Assembly: GCA_016794465.1 (NCBI GenBank)
Contig: JAEUKA010000053.1
Coordinates: 83,999-147,998, forward strand
DNA length: 64,000 nt
From: Myxococcales bacterium
GTDB lineage: Bacteria > Myxococcota_A > Polyangia > Palsa-1104 > JAEUJZ01
Direction: 5' to 3'
Both the position numbers and the translations under genes were made by a program. The notes below the pieces were generated by a model that saw only the letters and a program-made list of their open reading frames with translations, was not told the origin of the DNA and did not search any database. Below, one piece after another: positions 10,416 to 23,049 of this stretch; positions within the stretch are counted from its first letter, which is position 1, and each line of letters starts with the position of its first letter.

Positions 10416-11663
10416 ATGAACCTGACTGAGCTGAAGCGCAAAAAGATGTCCGAGCTGATCCATATGGGTCAAGGGCTCAACATCGAGAACGTCTCTGGCA
10501 TGCGCCGCCAGGACTTGATCTTCGAGATCCTCCGTCATCACTCCTCGCATCGGGGCGAGGTCTTCGGTGATGGCGTGTTAGAGACGCTGCCCGACGGCTT
10601 TGGCTTCCTCCGCTCCCCCGATTACAACTACCTTCCCGGTCCCGATGACATCTATGTTTCGCCGTCGCAGATTCGCCGCTTTGGCCTGCGCACCGGTGAC
10701 ACGGTCGAAGGGCAGATTCGTCCCCCCAAAGACAGCGAGCGTTACTTCGCCCTCCTCAAGGTTGATCGTGTCAATGGCGACGCGCCCGACCACCAGGGCG
10801 AAAAGATCATGTTCGATAACCTGACGCCGCTGTATCCCAATAAGCGGCTCCGGCTCGAGTGGGATCATCGCAACTATTCGACGCGTATTGTCGATATGCT
10901 CGCGCCGATTGGCAAAGGTCAGCGCTGTCTGATTGTCTCGCCGCCGCGCGCTGGCAAGACCGTCCTGCTTCAGGACATCGCCCACGCGATTACCGCCAAT
11001 CATCCCGAGGTCTACCTCATGGTGCTGCTCATCGACGAGCGCCCCGAGGAAGTGACCGACATGCAGCGCACCGTCAAGGGAGAGGTCGTCTCCTCGACGT
11101 TTGACGAGCCACCGGCCCGCCACGTCCAGGTCGCCGAGATGGTAATCGAGAAGGCCAAGCGCCTCGCCGAGTGCAAGCGTGACGTGGTGATCCTGCTCGA
11201 CTCGATCACGCGCCTTGCCCGCGCCTACAACACGGTCGTGCCGCCGTCGGGCAAGATCCTGTCCGGTGGTGTTGACTCGAACGCGCTCCACAAGCCGAAG
11301 CGGTTCTTTGGCGCCGCCCGCAACATCGAGGAAGGCGGCTCGCTGACCATCATCGCCACCGCGCTCGTCGACACCGGCTCGCGCATGGACGAGGTCATCT
11401 TCGAGGAGTTCAAGGGCACCGGTAACTCGGAAATCCACCTTGATCGCAAGCTGATGGAAAAGCGCATCTTCCCGTGCCTCGACATCAACAAGTCGGGTAC
11501 TCGCAAGGAAGAGCTGCTCGTCGACGATCGCTATCTGAACCGCATCTGGATCTTGCGGCAGCTGCTCCACCCGCTCAACGTCGTCGATGCGATGGAGTTT
11601 ATGCGCGACAAGATCGCCAAGACCGACTCGAACGCCGACTTCATCGCTTCGATGTCCGGCTAG
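10416..11663 (+). CDS. rho: transcription termination factor Rho
   Basis: N-terminal '[39 protein letters not shown]' is followed by the RNA-binding and RecA-like ATPase core. 415 aa. Confidence 0.9.
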   Translation: MNLTELKRKKMSELIHMGQGLNIENVSGMRRQDLIFEILRHHSSHRGEVFGDGVLETLPDGFGFLRSPDYNYLPGPDDIYVSPSQIRRFGLRTGDTVEGQIRPPKDSERYFALLKVDRVNGDAPDHQGEKIMFDNLTPLYPNKRLRLEWDHRNYSTRIVDMLAPIGKGQRCLIVSPPRAGKTVLLQDIAHAITANHPEVYLMVLLIDERPEEVTDMQRTVKGEVVSSTFDEPPARHVQVAEMVIEKAKRLAECKRDVVILLDSITRLARAYNTVVPPSGKILSGGVDSNALHKPKRFFGAARNIEEGGSLTIIATALVDTGSRMDEVIFEEFKGTGNSEIHLDRKLMEKRIFPCLDINKSGTRKEELLVDDRYLNRIWILRQLLHPLNVVDAMEFMRDKIAKTDSNADFIASMSG

Positions 11664-11668
11664 CCCGG

Positions 11669-13038
11669 CACTGTTGTCCCCTCGCACCGCACGACTTCTG
11701 CTCTGCTTCGGCTGCGCCGCGTATGCGGTCTTGTACGCGGTGCTGTCGCTGCTGCGCTTTCGCTCGTTTCACGGGCAGATCGATCTTTCCTATTACATCC
11801 GTATCGTCTGGGGGCTGGCACACGGTCGGCTCGACGTGCCGCTGGTGCAGGCGCCGCACCTTGTCGGTCTGCACCTAGAGCCGATCTTGCTGCCGTTTGC
11901 GATCCTGGCGAGGCTGGGGCTGCCGATTGCGCCGCTCTTGCTCATCGGACAAGCAGTGGCGGTGGCGCTGCTGCCGCTGCCGGTCTATCGGCTGGCCCGG
12001 CGTCGGCTCGGTAGTGACGGGTGGGCGCTGTGGCTTGCGCTCGGGTCGCTGCTGTATCCGACGGTGACGGTGGCGACGCTGCATGACTTTCATCCGGTGA
12101 CGGTGGCGCTGCCGCTGCTCGCCGCGTGGCTGGATGCGATCGATGAGGGGTCGTGGCGACGGGCGCTGGGCTTTGGTGCGCTGGCGCTGGCCTGTCGAGA
12201 GGACATCGCCCTGCAGCTCGCGCTGCCAGTCTTGGCCCTGTGGTGGCGGCATCCGCAGTGGCGCGCGCGGCTGGTCACGGTGGCGGGGCTGCTGCTGCTC
12301 TATTTCGGGGCCTATATCGTCGCGATCCAGCCGCACTTTCTGCCCAAGCTGGGCTCGTACGGCCTGCACTTTGCGAGCACTGGGACGAACGTGTCATCGG
12401 GTCGCGAGCTGCTGTTTTTGCTGCTGCGGCAGCCGCTGCGGTTTGTGGCCTCGTGGCTGACCTGGGACCGGCTGCGCTATGTGATCGAGCTGCTGTGGCC
12501 GCTCGGCTTCCTGCCGCTGCTGGGTGGTCGCTTGGCGGTCGGAGCGCTGCCGATCTTGGCGATCAACTTTCTGTCGTCGTTTCCGCGTGTGCGCAGCATT
12601 GAGTCGCACTACACCACCGCGATGGTGCCGTTCTTGGTGATGGCGGCGGTCGTCGGCCTCTCGCAGGTCCGTGACTTGTTGCGGATGCGCTCGCGCCGAG
12701 AGCTGGTGTGGCCGCTGCTCGCCGGGCTCATGCTGCTCCTTTCGGGGTCGCATCTTCTACACGGAGGCTCGCCGCTGGCCATATGGAGCAGTCGCTATTC
12801 GGTCGCGCAGTTTGGCGATGACTCAGAGGCCGAGTCGCTGCGCAGAGCGATTGCCGCTGTTCCTGCCGGCGCTTCGGTGGCGGCTCGTCCGGGCCCGCTG
12901 GCGCATCTTGCCGACCGACCGCGCGTCATCAGTCCACCCGAGTACGACGATGGCCAGCCGGTCGAGGTCGTCCTCACCCCCGACGCAGCCCCCAGCACCG
13001 AGGCACGAATCGGCAACCAAAAAGTAACCCCCCACTGA
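11669..13038 (+). CDS. DUF2079-like polytopic membrane protein
   Basis: The ORF frame is open from 11587 but overlaps the rho 3' end. The start is probably a TTG/GTG just after the rho stop. Many TM segments and no recognised catalytic motif. Confidence 0.4.
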
Positions 13039-13076
13039 CCGGCAGCCGAGGTCCGCAGTCGTTCTGGTAGGTGTTG

Positions 13077-14567
<1,491 letters not shown>

Positions 14568-14598
14568 CTGGGTGCGGTTCCTTTCGTGACAGGAGGGC

Positions 14599-16806
14599 TT
14601 ATTTTTGGCGGAGCAGCAGGGCCTCGCCGAGGAGTAGGACCAGCAGCAGCCAGCCCAAGGCGTGCCACAGCTCGACCTTTCGCTTGGGATTTTTGCCGCT
14701 GGGACTTACGTCGTTTTGCAGAAGGGGCCGCTGCAGTGCCGCCAGTCGCGAGGCCGGCGCCAGCTGCAGGTCCGACTCCGCAGCATCGAGGTTGACCGCG
14801 AAGTGCTCACTTGGCCGCGCCTTCAGCACACCGGTATCGCCCGCAGTCGCCACCCGATAGAACCCCGGCTCGCGCGTCTCGGTGAAGCTGAGCAGCTTGC
14901 GACCCTGCAAACGCTCGAACAGGCGGGTCTTCCCCGACGGCAGCGTCACTTCGACCCGGGTGTCCCCCGCCTGCAGCTTGATGTCGCGCGTCTGGCCAAT
15001 CAGCGTCTCCGTCTCGGCCTTTTGCAGCGGCGCCCGCGACAGGTGCCGCACCACCTGCTGCACCAGCGGCAGGAACGCCGGCTGAATCGGCAGATCATTC
15101 CAGTCCCGATCCAGCGTCGAGGTAAACAGCAGCACCCGGCCCCGTCCCACCGTTCGCTCGACCAGCGCCGGCGCCCCACTCTCGAACGACAGGAGCACGG
15201 TTGTCTCACCCTGGCTGCGTGGCGTCGGCTGTAGCAGCAGATAGCGCGCAAACGTCGCCGACAGCAGCGACTCACTGGCCCGGCCCGTCAAAAACGGCTG
15301 GAGCAGCGGATGCCGACGATCCAGCTGTCCCAGATGCTCACCCGGCCCTTGCGTCGAGGACTCCCCTTCGCTCGCCGGATGACTGGGCAGTGACCCCGCC
15401 GTCTTCACCACCGCCAGCGGCTGCGGCAAAAGCTCGGCCAGCACCCGGTTGTAGGCCTCGACCTCGACGTTGTCACCGAGGCCAATCATCAGCCCGCCGC
15501 CGCCCCGCACGTACTCGCTGAGCCCGCGCTCGATGCCCCGTCGCGACAGCTCTTGTGCCTTGGCGTTCAGCAGCACCACCGCGTCGAACTCGCTCAGGCT
15601 GCCCAGCCCTTCATCCAGCGACCGCGTTGACAGCTGTAGCGGCGAGTCGTCCCGCTCACTCGGGCGCAGCGCCGTCTCCAGGTAGTACGCCTCGTCATCA
15701 CGGCGCAGGTTGCGCGGATCGCCATCCAGCACCAGCACCCGCAGCACCGCTTGCACATCGACCCGCAGGTGGCGCTCGTTGTCGGCTTCCAGCGCGTCGG
15801 GAGACAGCCGCACCGCCAGGTGATGCAGGCCCGCGCTCGGTGCCACCTGGGCCTCGGTCTGCCCGGGACTCTGCGTCGGACTGGGCGTCGGCTGCAAGAT
15901 GTGAATGAAGCGCTTGATGGCCTGGCCGCGTGGTGCAAGGTCCACCAGCCCCTTGGCCACTGCCTGCCCGTCCACCAGCAGCGTCACCTGGAGCTCTCTT
16001 CTCGGCTCGTCCCCAAAGTTGCCCAGCTCCGCCATCACTCGCACGGCACGCGGGCCCATGCTGGTCGCCGGCTCGGCCCGCAGGTCCACCACCGCGCAGT
16101 TGGGCAGCGACTTGCCGTCTCGGACATCGACCAGCGACACCTCCGTCTCTGCCGGCGGCTGAAGCGACCCGTCCAGCGAGTGCGCCGAGGTATCGCCAAT
16201 CACGTAGATGCGCCGCAGCCCGCCCCGCTGCGTTGACAGGATCTGCGTCGCTCGCTTAAACGCCGATGGCAGGTCGCTGGGTCGGTAGCTCGGTCGCAGC
16301 GCCGAGATCGCCGAGTACAGCCGCGTCCTGTCCGAGGTCAGCTGCCCCACCGGCGCCTCTGCCGTCCGCGAGCCCAAGATCAGCGCCGCCTCGGCCCCCT
16401 GCGGCAGCGCATCGATGATTCGCGTCGCCAGCTTCCGCCCGCGCTCCAGCAAGATCGTCGAGCCCAGCTTTAAGTCCCCCGCCGGCTGATACATCATCGA
16501 CAAGCTGTCGTCGAAGATCAGCACCGCCCGCTGGGTCTGGCTCACTTGCACCGGCAGATCCGAGTCCGTCTCCGCAAACGGTCGCGCCAGCAGAAACGGA
16601 ATCGCCATCAGCAGCAGCATCCGCAGCAGCAGCAGCAGGATGTGGCGAAACTTGGTCCGCTGCGCCACCCGCCGGTTGCTCGCCTTCAGCAGCAGCAGCG
16701 TCGGCAGCTTGCGGATCTCGGCCCGCCGCCGGCCATGCAGGTGGATCAGCACCGGCAGCACGCCCAGCAAAAGAAAGATCGCGTAGGCCGGCGACAGCAG
16801 CTGCAT
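14599..16806 (-). CDS. BatA-N/VWA domain-containing protein (aerotolerance-type)
   Basis: N-terminal 'LLGVLPVLIHLHGRRRAEIRKLPTLLLLK' double-TM BatA_N motif. Large periplasmic region with vWA-like features. Sits directly downstream of DUF58 and MoxR. Confidence 0.6.
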   Translation of the reverse strand: MQLLSPAYAIFLLLGVLPVLIHLHGRRRAEIRKLPTLLLLKASNRRVAQRTKFRHILLLLLRMLLLMAIPFLLARPFAETDSDLPVQVSQTQRAVLIFDDSLSMMYQPAGDLKLGSTILLERGRKLATRIIDALPQGAEAALILGSRTAEAPVGQLTSDRTRLYSAISALRPSYRPSDLPSAFKRATQILSTQRGGLRRIYVIGDTSAHSLDGSLQPPAETEVSLVDVRDGKSLPNCAVVDLRAEPATSMGPRAVRVMAELGNFGDEPRRELQVTLLVDGQAVAKGLVDLAPRGQAIKRFIHILQPTPSPTQSPGQTEAQVAPSAGLHHLAVRLSPDALEADNERHLRVDVQAVLRVLVLDGDPRNLRRDDEAYYLETALRPSERDDSPLQLSTRSLDEGLGSLSEFDAVVLLNAKAQELSRRGIERGLSEYVRGGGGLMIGLGDNVEVEAYNRVLAELLPQPLAVVKTAGSLPSHPASEGESSTQGPGEHLGQLDRRHPLLQPFLTGRASESLLSATFARYLLLQPTPRSQGETTVLLSFESGAPALVERTVGRGRVLLFTSTLDRDWNDLPIQPAFLPLVQQVVRHLSRAPLQKAETETLIGQTRDIKLQAGDTRVEVTLPSGKTRLFERLQGRKLLSFTETREPGFYRVATAGDTGVLKARPSEHFAVNLDAAESDLQLAPASRLAALQRPLLQNDVSPSGKNPKRKVELWHALGWLLLVLLLGEALLLRQK

Positions 16807-16809
16807 CGC

Positions 16810-17769
16810 TTACCTCCGCACCTTCTGTCGCAGCGGCCCGCGCAGAAGGTCCAGCAGCACACTCTCTGGCGACCGCGACGTGGGAGTAAGCGAGTAGTCG
16901 ACATCACCCTCGCGCAGCCCCAGCCGCGTGTCGGTCAGGAACTGCCCCAGCTCGGTCAGGTAGGCCTTGCGGACATCGCCCGGATCGACAAACAGCCGCT
17001 CCTGACCGGCCAGGCCCGGCTCGACTTCCTCGAACCACGTCAGGCTCGTCCACGGCAGCTCCAGCTCATCGGCATCGAGGATCTGCAGCACGATCACGTC
17101 GTGTTTCTGCGCCCGCAGGCTGACCAGCTTCGCCCGCAAGAGCGCCGACTGCCGCCGCAGGTAGTCCCCGTAGTCCACCCCTTCATCGAGCGGCGGTGGC
17201 GGTAGCAGATCCGACAGCACCACAATCAGCGAGCGCCGCCGCGCCGTCTCGGACAGCAGGTGCAGCGCGTCGTCCAGCTCGGTCCGCCCCGCCGGCTCCG
17301 TGCTCTCCAGCGCCCGACACAGATCCCCCAGGTGCGCCGAGCCCCCACGCGGCGGGATGTACAGCGGCCCGGTGTCCTTGGCAATCACCAGCCCCGCCGG
17401 GTCATGCTGCCGCAGCAAGAGGTACGACAGCGACGCCCCAATCAGCGACGCAAAGTCCAGCTTGGTCAGCTGATCCTGCCGCCCATAGCCCATCGAGCCC
17501 GAGCTATCGACGACGATGTACGAGCGGACCTCGGCCTCTTCCTCGAAGCGCTTGACGTAGTACTTGTCCATCCGGCCCCAGGCCCGCCAGTCGATGTGGC
17601 GCAGCTCGTCGCCGGGTGCGTACTCCTTGTGCTCGGCAAACTCGACCGACGAGCCGTGATGCGCCGCCCGGTGCAGCCCCTGCAAGGCTCCCTCGGCGAC
17701 CAGGCGCGCGCGCAGCGTCAAGCTCTGAAGCTTGAGCAGCGACGGAAGGTCCAGCAGCCTCGAGGTCAT
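16810..17769 (-). CDS. DUF58 domain protein (MoxR partner)
   Basis: 'GSSVEFAEHKEYAPGDELRHIDWRAWGRMDKYYVKRFEEE' DUF58 signature. 4-nt gap to the VWA gene. Confidence 0.7.
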   Translation of the reverse strand: MTSRLLDLPSLLKLQSLTLRARLVAEGALQGLHRAAHHGSSVEFAEHKEYAPGDELRHIDWRAWGRMDKYYVKRFEEEAEVRSYIVVDSSGSMGYGRQDQLTKLDFASLIGASLSYLLLRQHDPAGLVIAKDTGPLYIPPRGGSAHLGDLCRALESTEPAGRTELDDALHLLSETARRRSLIVVLSDLLPPPPLDEGVDYGDYLRRQSALLRAKLVSLRAQKHDVIVLQILDADELELPWTSLTWFEEVEPGLAGQERLFVDPGDVRKAYLTELGQFLTDTRLGLREGDVDYSLTPTSRSPESVLLDLLRGPLRQKVRR

Positions 17770-17778
17770 GACGAAAGA

Positions 17779-18954
<1,176 letters not shown>

Positions 18955-18980
18955 GACCGCATTGTGACACAGAAATCCCC

Positions 18981-19835
18981 TTACGGAGTGCGCACACCAT
19001 CCACCGGCACAAGCGGCGCCGGAGCCGGCTCGGGCTCACCAGGGTCGCGGCGGCGGCTCTGGCGGGCGCCTAGGGTGGGGACTTTTTCATCGACGGCCTC
19101 GCCGAACAGGTAGAAGCCGGCCTTGCGCAGCTCACCGTGCCGCAGCAAAAGCAGCGAGAAGATGCGATCACGCTCGTCCTGCGCCTTCTGCGCCGCCACC
19201 GCCACCGTCGTCCGCGCGCCATCGGGCGTGACCAGCTTCATCAGCGCATGTCCAAGCTCTGCCGTCCGCGCCACCTGCGCATCGGTAAACGGGTGCTTGC
19301 CGGCAATCTGACTGCGATACGCCCCATACAAGTCCGCCAGCGCCACCCCATCCTGCGCCGCATCAAACAGCCCCTTGCCAGCCCGGATTTGGGCGACCAG
19401 CGACTCGGGGATGATGCCTTCCAAGGCAAACACCTCGGCTTGCAGGAGCAGCTTCTCGCGCAGGCGCAAAAGCTCGGTCAGCTTGGCATCGATCTCGGCG
19501 CGCTTGGCGGGCTGGGTCAGCCGGGCTGCTTCGGCGTGGGCGTAGAGCAGCGCCTCGGCCAGCGTCTGGAGCTTGGCCAGCTCTGCGGTCGGCAGCTTGG
19601 GCAGCTCGGCGGCCAAGCGATCGAGGAACGGCTGCACCGACTGCACGCCCTGCTGGACGTTGGCGAAGATCAGGTTCACGTCGAGCCGAAGCGGCAGGAC
19701 CTTCTCTTGGGGCAGTGCCAGGGCCGCCGCCACAAACGCCTCGTAGCTCTTCTTGAGCGAGGGGGCGTCGGGCGCGGCGGGCACTGGCTTGGGTGAGGTA
19801 GGGGCGGGTGACTTGGTTGTAGGTTTTTTGGCCAT
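18981..19835 (-). CDS. hypothetical protein (start at the internal ATG 'MAKKPTTKS')
   Basis: The ATG at 19835 is preceded by a P/A/T-rich low-complexity N-terminus. No recognised domain. Lies upstream of the MoxR operon on the same strand. Confidence 0.4.
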   Translation of the reverse strand: MAKKPTTKSPAPTSPKPVPAAPDAPSLKKSYEAFVAAALALPQEKVLPLRLDVNLIFANVQQGVQSVQPFLDRLAAELPKLPTAELAKLQTLAEALLYAHAEAARLTQPAKRAEIDAKLTELLRLREKLLLQAEVFALEGIIPESLVAQIRAGKGLFDAAQDGVALADLYGAYRSQIAGKHPFTDAQVARTAELGHALMKLVTPDGARTTVAVAAQKAQDERDRIFSLLLLRHGELRKAGFYLFGEAVDEKVPTLGARQSRRRDPGEPEPAPAPLVPVDGVRTP

Positions 19836-20220
19836 GTCACCTGAGGTAGCACCAGATCTGCGCGGCGCAACCCTCAAGCCCAAAATAGTCACGACTCGAT
19901 CCTGGCACCTTCCAGCTTGCGGCCCCAAAGGCGCAGGTCTTCCCCCGCCACCTTGCGCGAGTCACCCCAGCAAGCTTCCGATCATCCCCCGCCGCAATCC
20001 GGTAGGCGCCCGCCAAGACCCAAGTCATCCCCACCGCAACCCGCTACCCACCCCCCCAAGACCCAAATCATCCCCGTGCGCCTTCCGCTAGCTGCCGGTT
20101 TCCTGCCGTGCCTGGTTGGGTTGTTTCCGACCGATGGGGTTTCGCTGAGCGACCGGCCCCAGCCTCGGCGCCGTGCCGCACGTTCTTGAGGCTGACTCGC
20201 TCGCGTGCTACGTCACCGCC

Positions 20221-21558
20221 GTGTACATCAAGACCCTTACCGCCCAGAACTTCCGCTGCTTTACCGACCTCCAGATCGACTTCCAGCCTGGCTTCAACCT
20301 GCTGATCGGCGACAACATGTCCGGCAAAACAGCAGTCCTCGACGCCCTTCGGATTTGTCTCAACGGATATGTGAACACGTTTTTTCAAAGCAAAATAGAT
20401 ATTGAAAAGCTCGATGCCAGGTTGCTTCCAGTTCCGATGGGTGATGCCGTCGAAATGGTAAGCCAGTCTCCTGCATCTGTTCTAGCAACGGTTGAGTTTG
20501 AACAGAAATTTCTGGACCTCTGCAAGAGCATTTTCCCTGTAATGTCACATGATGAATCTGTGAGAACATGGGGGCAGACGCTCGCATCGACCAAAGAGGG
20601 AACGGTTCTTACGAAGAAAGGTGGTTTGGGAGGGATTGGCGTACTTGCTCAATCTGCTATTTCAAATATTGAGCTGATGTTGCCGATCTTCTCATTTCAC
20701 TCTACCAATCGAAATACGCAACCTATTCCTAGCGCACAAAATGAACAGATAGAGCAATCGGCTTTGGCCAATCGAGGGCGGGGTTATTTGAACAGCTTGA
20801 GCCATTACTCTATTTTGCAAACTATACATTCGTGGATTGAGCGTCGTACAATGTCTGAGATGCAGCGGAAGGGGCGTGGACTTCCGCTGCTTGCGGAAGG
20901 GCCGTTGCTTGGAATCGAGCGCGCAGTGTGTACCTGTCTGCCAGAGGTGAAACAGTTCTACTTTGACTTCGATTATCAACAGCTAGCGATCGTGTTTGCG
21001 GACGGGCGGCGGCTGCCGGTGAGCATGCTGAGCGATGGGATGCTCTGTGTACTGAGTTTGGCGCTCGAGCTGGCCTGGCGGGCGGTGGTGTTAAACCCGC
21101 ACCTGGGGGCGCAGGCGCCAGAGCGGGCGACGGGGATTGTGATGATTGATGAGCTGGATCTGGCGCTGCACCCGACCTGGCAGCGGCGGATTGTGGCGGA
21201 TCTGTCGCGGGCGTTTCCCCGCTTGCAGTTCATTGCGACGACGCACTCGCCGCAGATCATCGGCAGCGCCAAGAATGCGCTGGTCCAGAAGATCGACGGC
21301 GACAAGGTGCAGGCGGTGGCGCGGCCCTATGGGCTGGACAGCAACACCCTGCTGACGGAAGTGATGGGCGCCCAGGAGCGCGACCCGGCGATCGTCAAGC
21401 TGTTTGAGAAGGTAAATGACCTCATGAACGACAAGCGCTGGGACGAGGCCCGCGCCGCCCTGGCCCAGGTCACCGACCAGATCGACAGCCTGGATACCGA
21501 GGTCGTGGATCTACGGACTCGTATCGACTTCCTAAGCCGAGCCGCCAAGCGGAGCTAG
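20221..21558 (+). CDS. AAA_21/AAA_15-type P-loop ATPase, Septu PtuA-like
   Basis: 'IKTLTAQNFRCFTDLQIDFQPGFNLLIGDNMSGKTAVLDAL' is an SMC/ABC-like Walker A N-terminus. '...IDELDLALHPTWQRRIVADLSRAFPRLQFIATTHSPQIIGS' is a Walker B / D-loop / H-loop C-terminus. The start is either GTG 20221 or GTG 20173. The central part of the gene is markedly lower GC. Confidence 0.55.
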   Translation: MYIKTLTAQNFRCFTDLQIDFQPGFNLLIGDNMSGKTAVLDALRICLNGYVNTFFQSKIDIEKLDARLLPVPMGDAVEMVSQSPASVLATVEFEQKFLDLCKSIFPVMSHDESVRTWGQTLASTKEGTVLTKKGGLGGIGVLAQSAISNIELMLPIFSFHSTNRNTQPIPSAQNEQIEQSALANRGRGYLNSLSHYSILQTIHSWIERRTMSEMQRKGRGLPLLAEGPLLGIERAVCTCLPEVKQFYFDFDYQQLAIVFADGRRLPVSMLSDGMLCVLSLALELAWRAVVLNPHLGAQAPERATGIVMIDELDLALHPTWQRRIVADLSRAFPRLQFIATTHSPQIIGSAKNALVQKIDGDKVQAVARPYGLDSNTLLTEVMGAQERDPAIVKLFEKVNDLMNDKRWDEARAALAQVTDQIDSLDTEVVDLRTRIDFLSRAAKRS

Positions 21559-21560
21559 CA

Positions 21561-22208
21561 ATGCGTCGTATCGAGAAACGACCAGAGCCCAGCTCGCTTA
21601 CGCGAGAGCGGATGGATGGGAACTGTTACGGCGATCTACGCAAAGAAACGCGGCAGGCGATACAGAAACAGCTCTGCGACGAACAGAAATATCTGTGTAG
21701 CTTCTGTGAAAGCCGCATCGAACCTGACGGGAAGTCGATGAAGATTGCCCACTTTGTGCCCCGCTCGGTGGACCAGTCGCTGTCTTTGGTTTGGCACAAT
21801 CTGTACGGTGCCTGTTACGGAAACGAACCTTCATCGAACCAAGCCGAGAGTGAGAAGAGTATTGCCAGGCGAGATGTTACCGAAGACGTTGCCTTGCACT
21901 GTGATGCCAAGCAAGGTAGCAAGTGTCTAGATACACGACTACGTCCCGACTCGATAGCCACTGGCCTGATTCAATTTCAGCAAGATGGTACGGTCTATTG
22001 CCAGGATCTCAATCTTGACAAAGATATAAACGCAAAGCTCAACCTCAATCATCCCCGGCTCAAGAAGAATCGTCTGCGTGCGCTCAAGCGTCTTATTGCG
22101 GACGAAACGCTAACCGGGATACCTGCTGACGAGCTGGTCCAGCAAGGGCTGGCGGACGACGGACGGCTGCGTCCCTATCTGAGCTATTTGCTAGCAATGG
22201 TGGGATAA
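21561..22208 (+). CDS. HNH (His-Me finger) endonuclease, TIGR02646/PtuB-like
   Basis: 'CSFCESRIEP...KIAHFVPRSVDQS...WHNLYGAC' is an HNH-family motif pattern. The ATG lies 2 nt after the ATPase stop, so the two genes form an operon. Confidence 0.5.
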   Translation: MRRIEKRPEPSSLTRERMDGNCYGDLRKETRQAIQKQLCDEQKYLCSFCESRIEPDGKSMKIAHFVPRSVDQSLSLVWHNLYGACYGNEPSSNQAESEKSIARRDVTEDVALHCDAKQGSKCLDTRLRPDSIATGLIQFQQDGTVYCQDLNLDKDINAKLNLNHPRLKKNRLRALKRLIADETLTGIPADELVQQGLADDGRLRPYLSYLLAMVG

Positions 22209-22233
22209 GTGGGAAGACCCGCTGAGCTAACCC

Positions 22234-23019
22234 CTACCCGTGCACCTTCTTGCCGAACTCTCTTATCCACTTTTCTTCTTCGGGGGTGAGGGGGCCTTTT
22301 TCTAGGGCGTCGAGGTTTTGTTCTAGCTCGGCGCGGCTGGCGGGGCCGGTGAGGGCGAGGTCGACGTGGGGGCTGGAGAGCTGGAAGCGGTAGCAGTCGC
22401 CGGCAGACATGACCGGGCCGTCCCAGCCGCGCGGGCGCTTGAGGAGCTTGCCCCAGCGGGTGGCGGTGTAGGCGAGGATGCTCGGCTTCTTGTCTTTGAC
22501 GTGGGGGAAGATGTCGCGCTCGGCACCGGGGTGGGCGGCGTTGTAGCGGATCATCAAGAGGTCGAGCGGGGACGAGGCGGCGAGCTGGCCGGCGCGCTCG
22601 CGGTTGTGGATGCTGCAGCCGATGGCGCGGACCTTGCCGCTCTCGCGCAGGTGGACGAGCTCTTTTTCGGTGGCGGCGGTCCAGGCCGAGGTGATGCCAA
22701 GCCAGCCGAGGAGGTACACGTCGAGGTAATCGACCTTGAGCTCCTTGAGCAGGTTCTCGGCGCCCTGGCGGACGCCCCAGCCGAACCAGCCGATGGTGCT
22801 GTAGCCGATGACGGCGACCTGCTCGCGGCGGCTGTGCAGGGCCTCGCCGAGGGGGGCGCGGAAGGGCTTGTTCTTCATCGTCCACAGGAAGACGTTGACG
22901 CCGCGCTCCATGGCGAGGCGGACGCCGGACTCGTCGATGCCGTAGTTGCAGGCGAGCCCGAGGCGGTGCAGCTTCTTGCTTGGAAACGCGGTCGGGTGTC
23001 GGTAGAGCCAGTCGGTCAT
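22234..23019 (-). CDS. aldo/keto reductase family oxidoreductase
   Basis: '...VDYLDVYLLGWLG...' AKR-like TIM-barrel motifs. 261 aa. Confidence 0.65.
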   Translation of the reverse strand: MTDWLYRHPTAFPSKKLHRLGLACNYGIDESGVRLAMERGVNVFLWTMKNKPFRAPLGEALHSRREQVAVIGYSTIGWFGWGVRQGAENLLKELKVDYLDVYLLGWLGITSAWTAATEKELVHLRESGKVRAIGCSIHNRERAGQLAASSPLDLLMIRYNAAHPGAERDIFPHVKDKKPSILAYTATRWGKLLKRPRGWDGPVMSAGDCYRFQLSSPHVDLALTGPASRAELEQNLDALEKGPLTPEEEKWIREFGKKVHG

Positions 23020-23049
23020 GGGTGCCTCCAGGCGGTTGCGGCAGGGGAC

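Noticed and set aside
10578-11687. 369-aa minus-strand ORF antisense to rho
   Set aside because: rho is unambiguous on the plus strand. The antisense ORF is a GC artefact.
19917-20189. 90-aa Pro-rich ORF in the island leader (and ORF 19753..20091)
   Set aside because: It is a translation of C-rich repeat DNA with no start context or domain. More likely a non-coding leader.
19836-20220. Possible retron (msr/msd + RT) upstream of the PtuA-like gene
   Set aside because: There is no reverse-transcriptase ORF. The repeats in the leader are direct, not the inverted a1/a2 pair that flanks a retron ncRNA.
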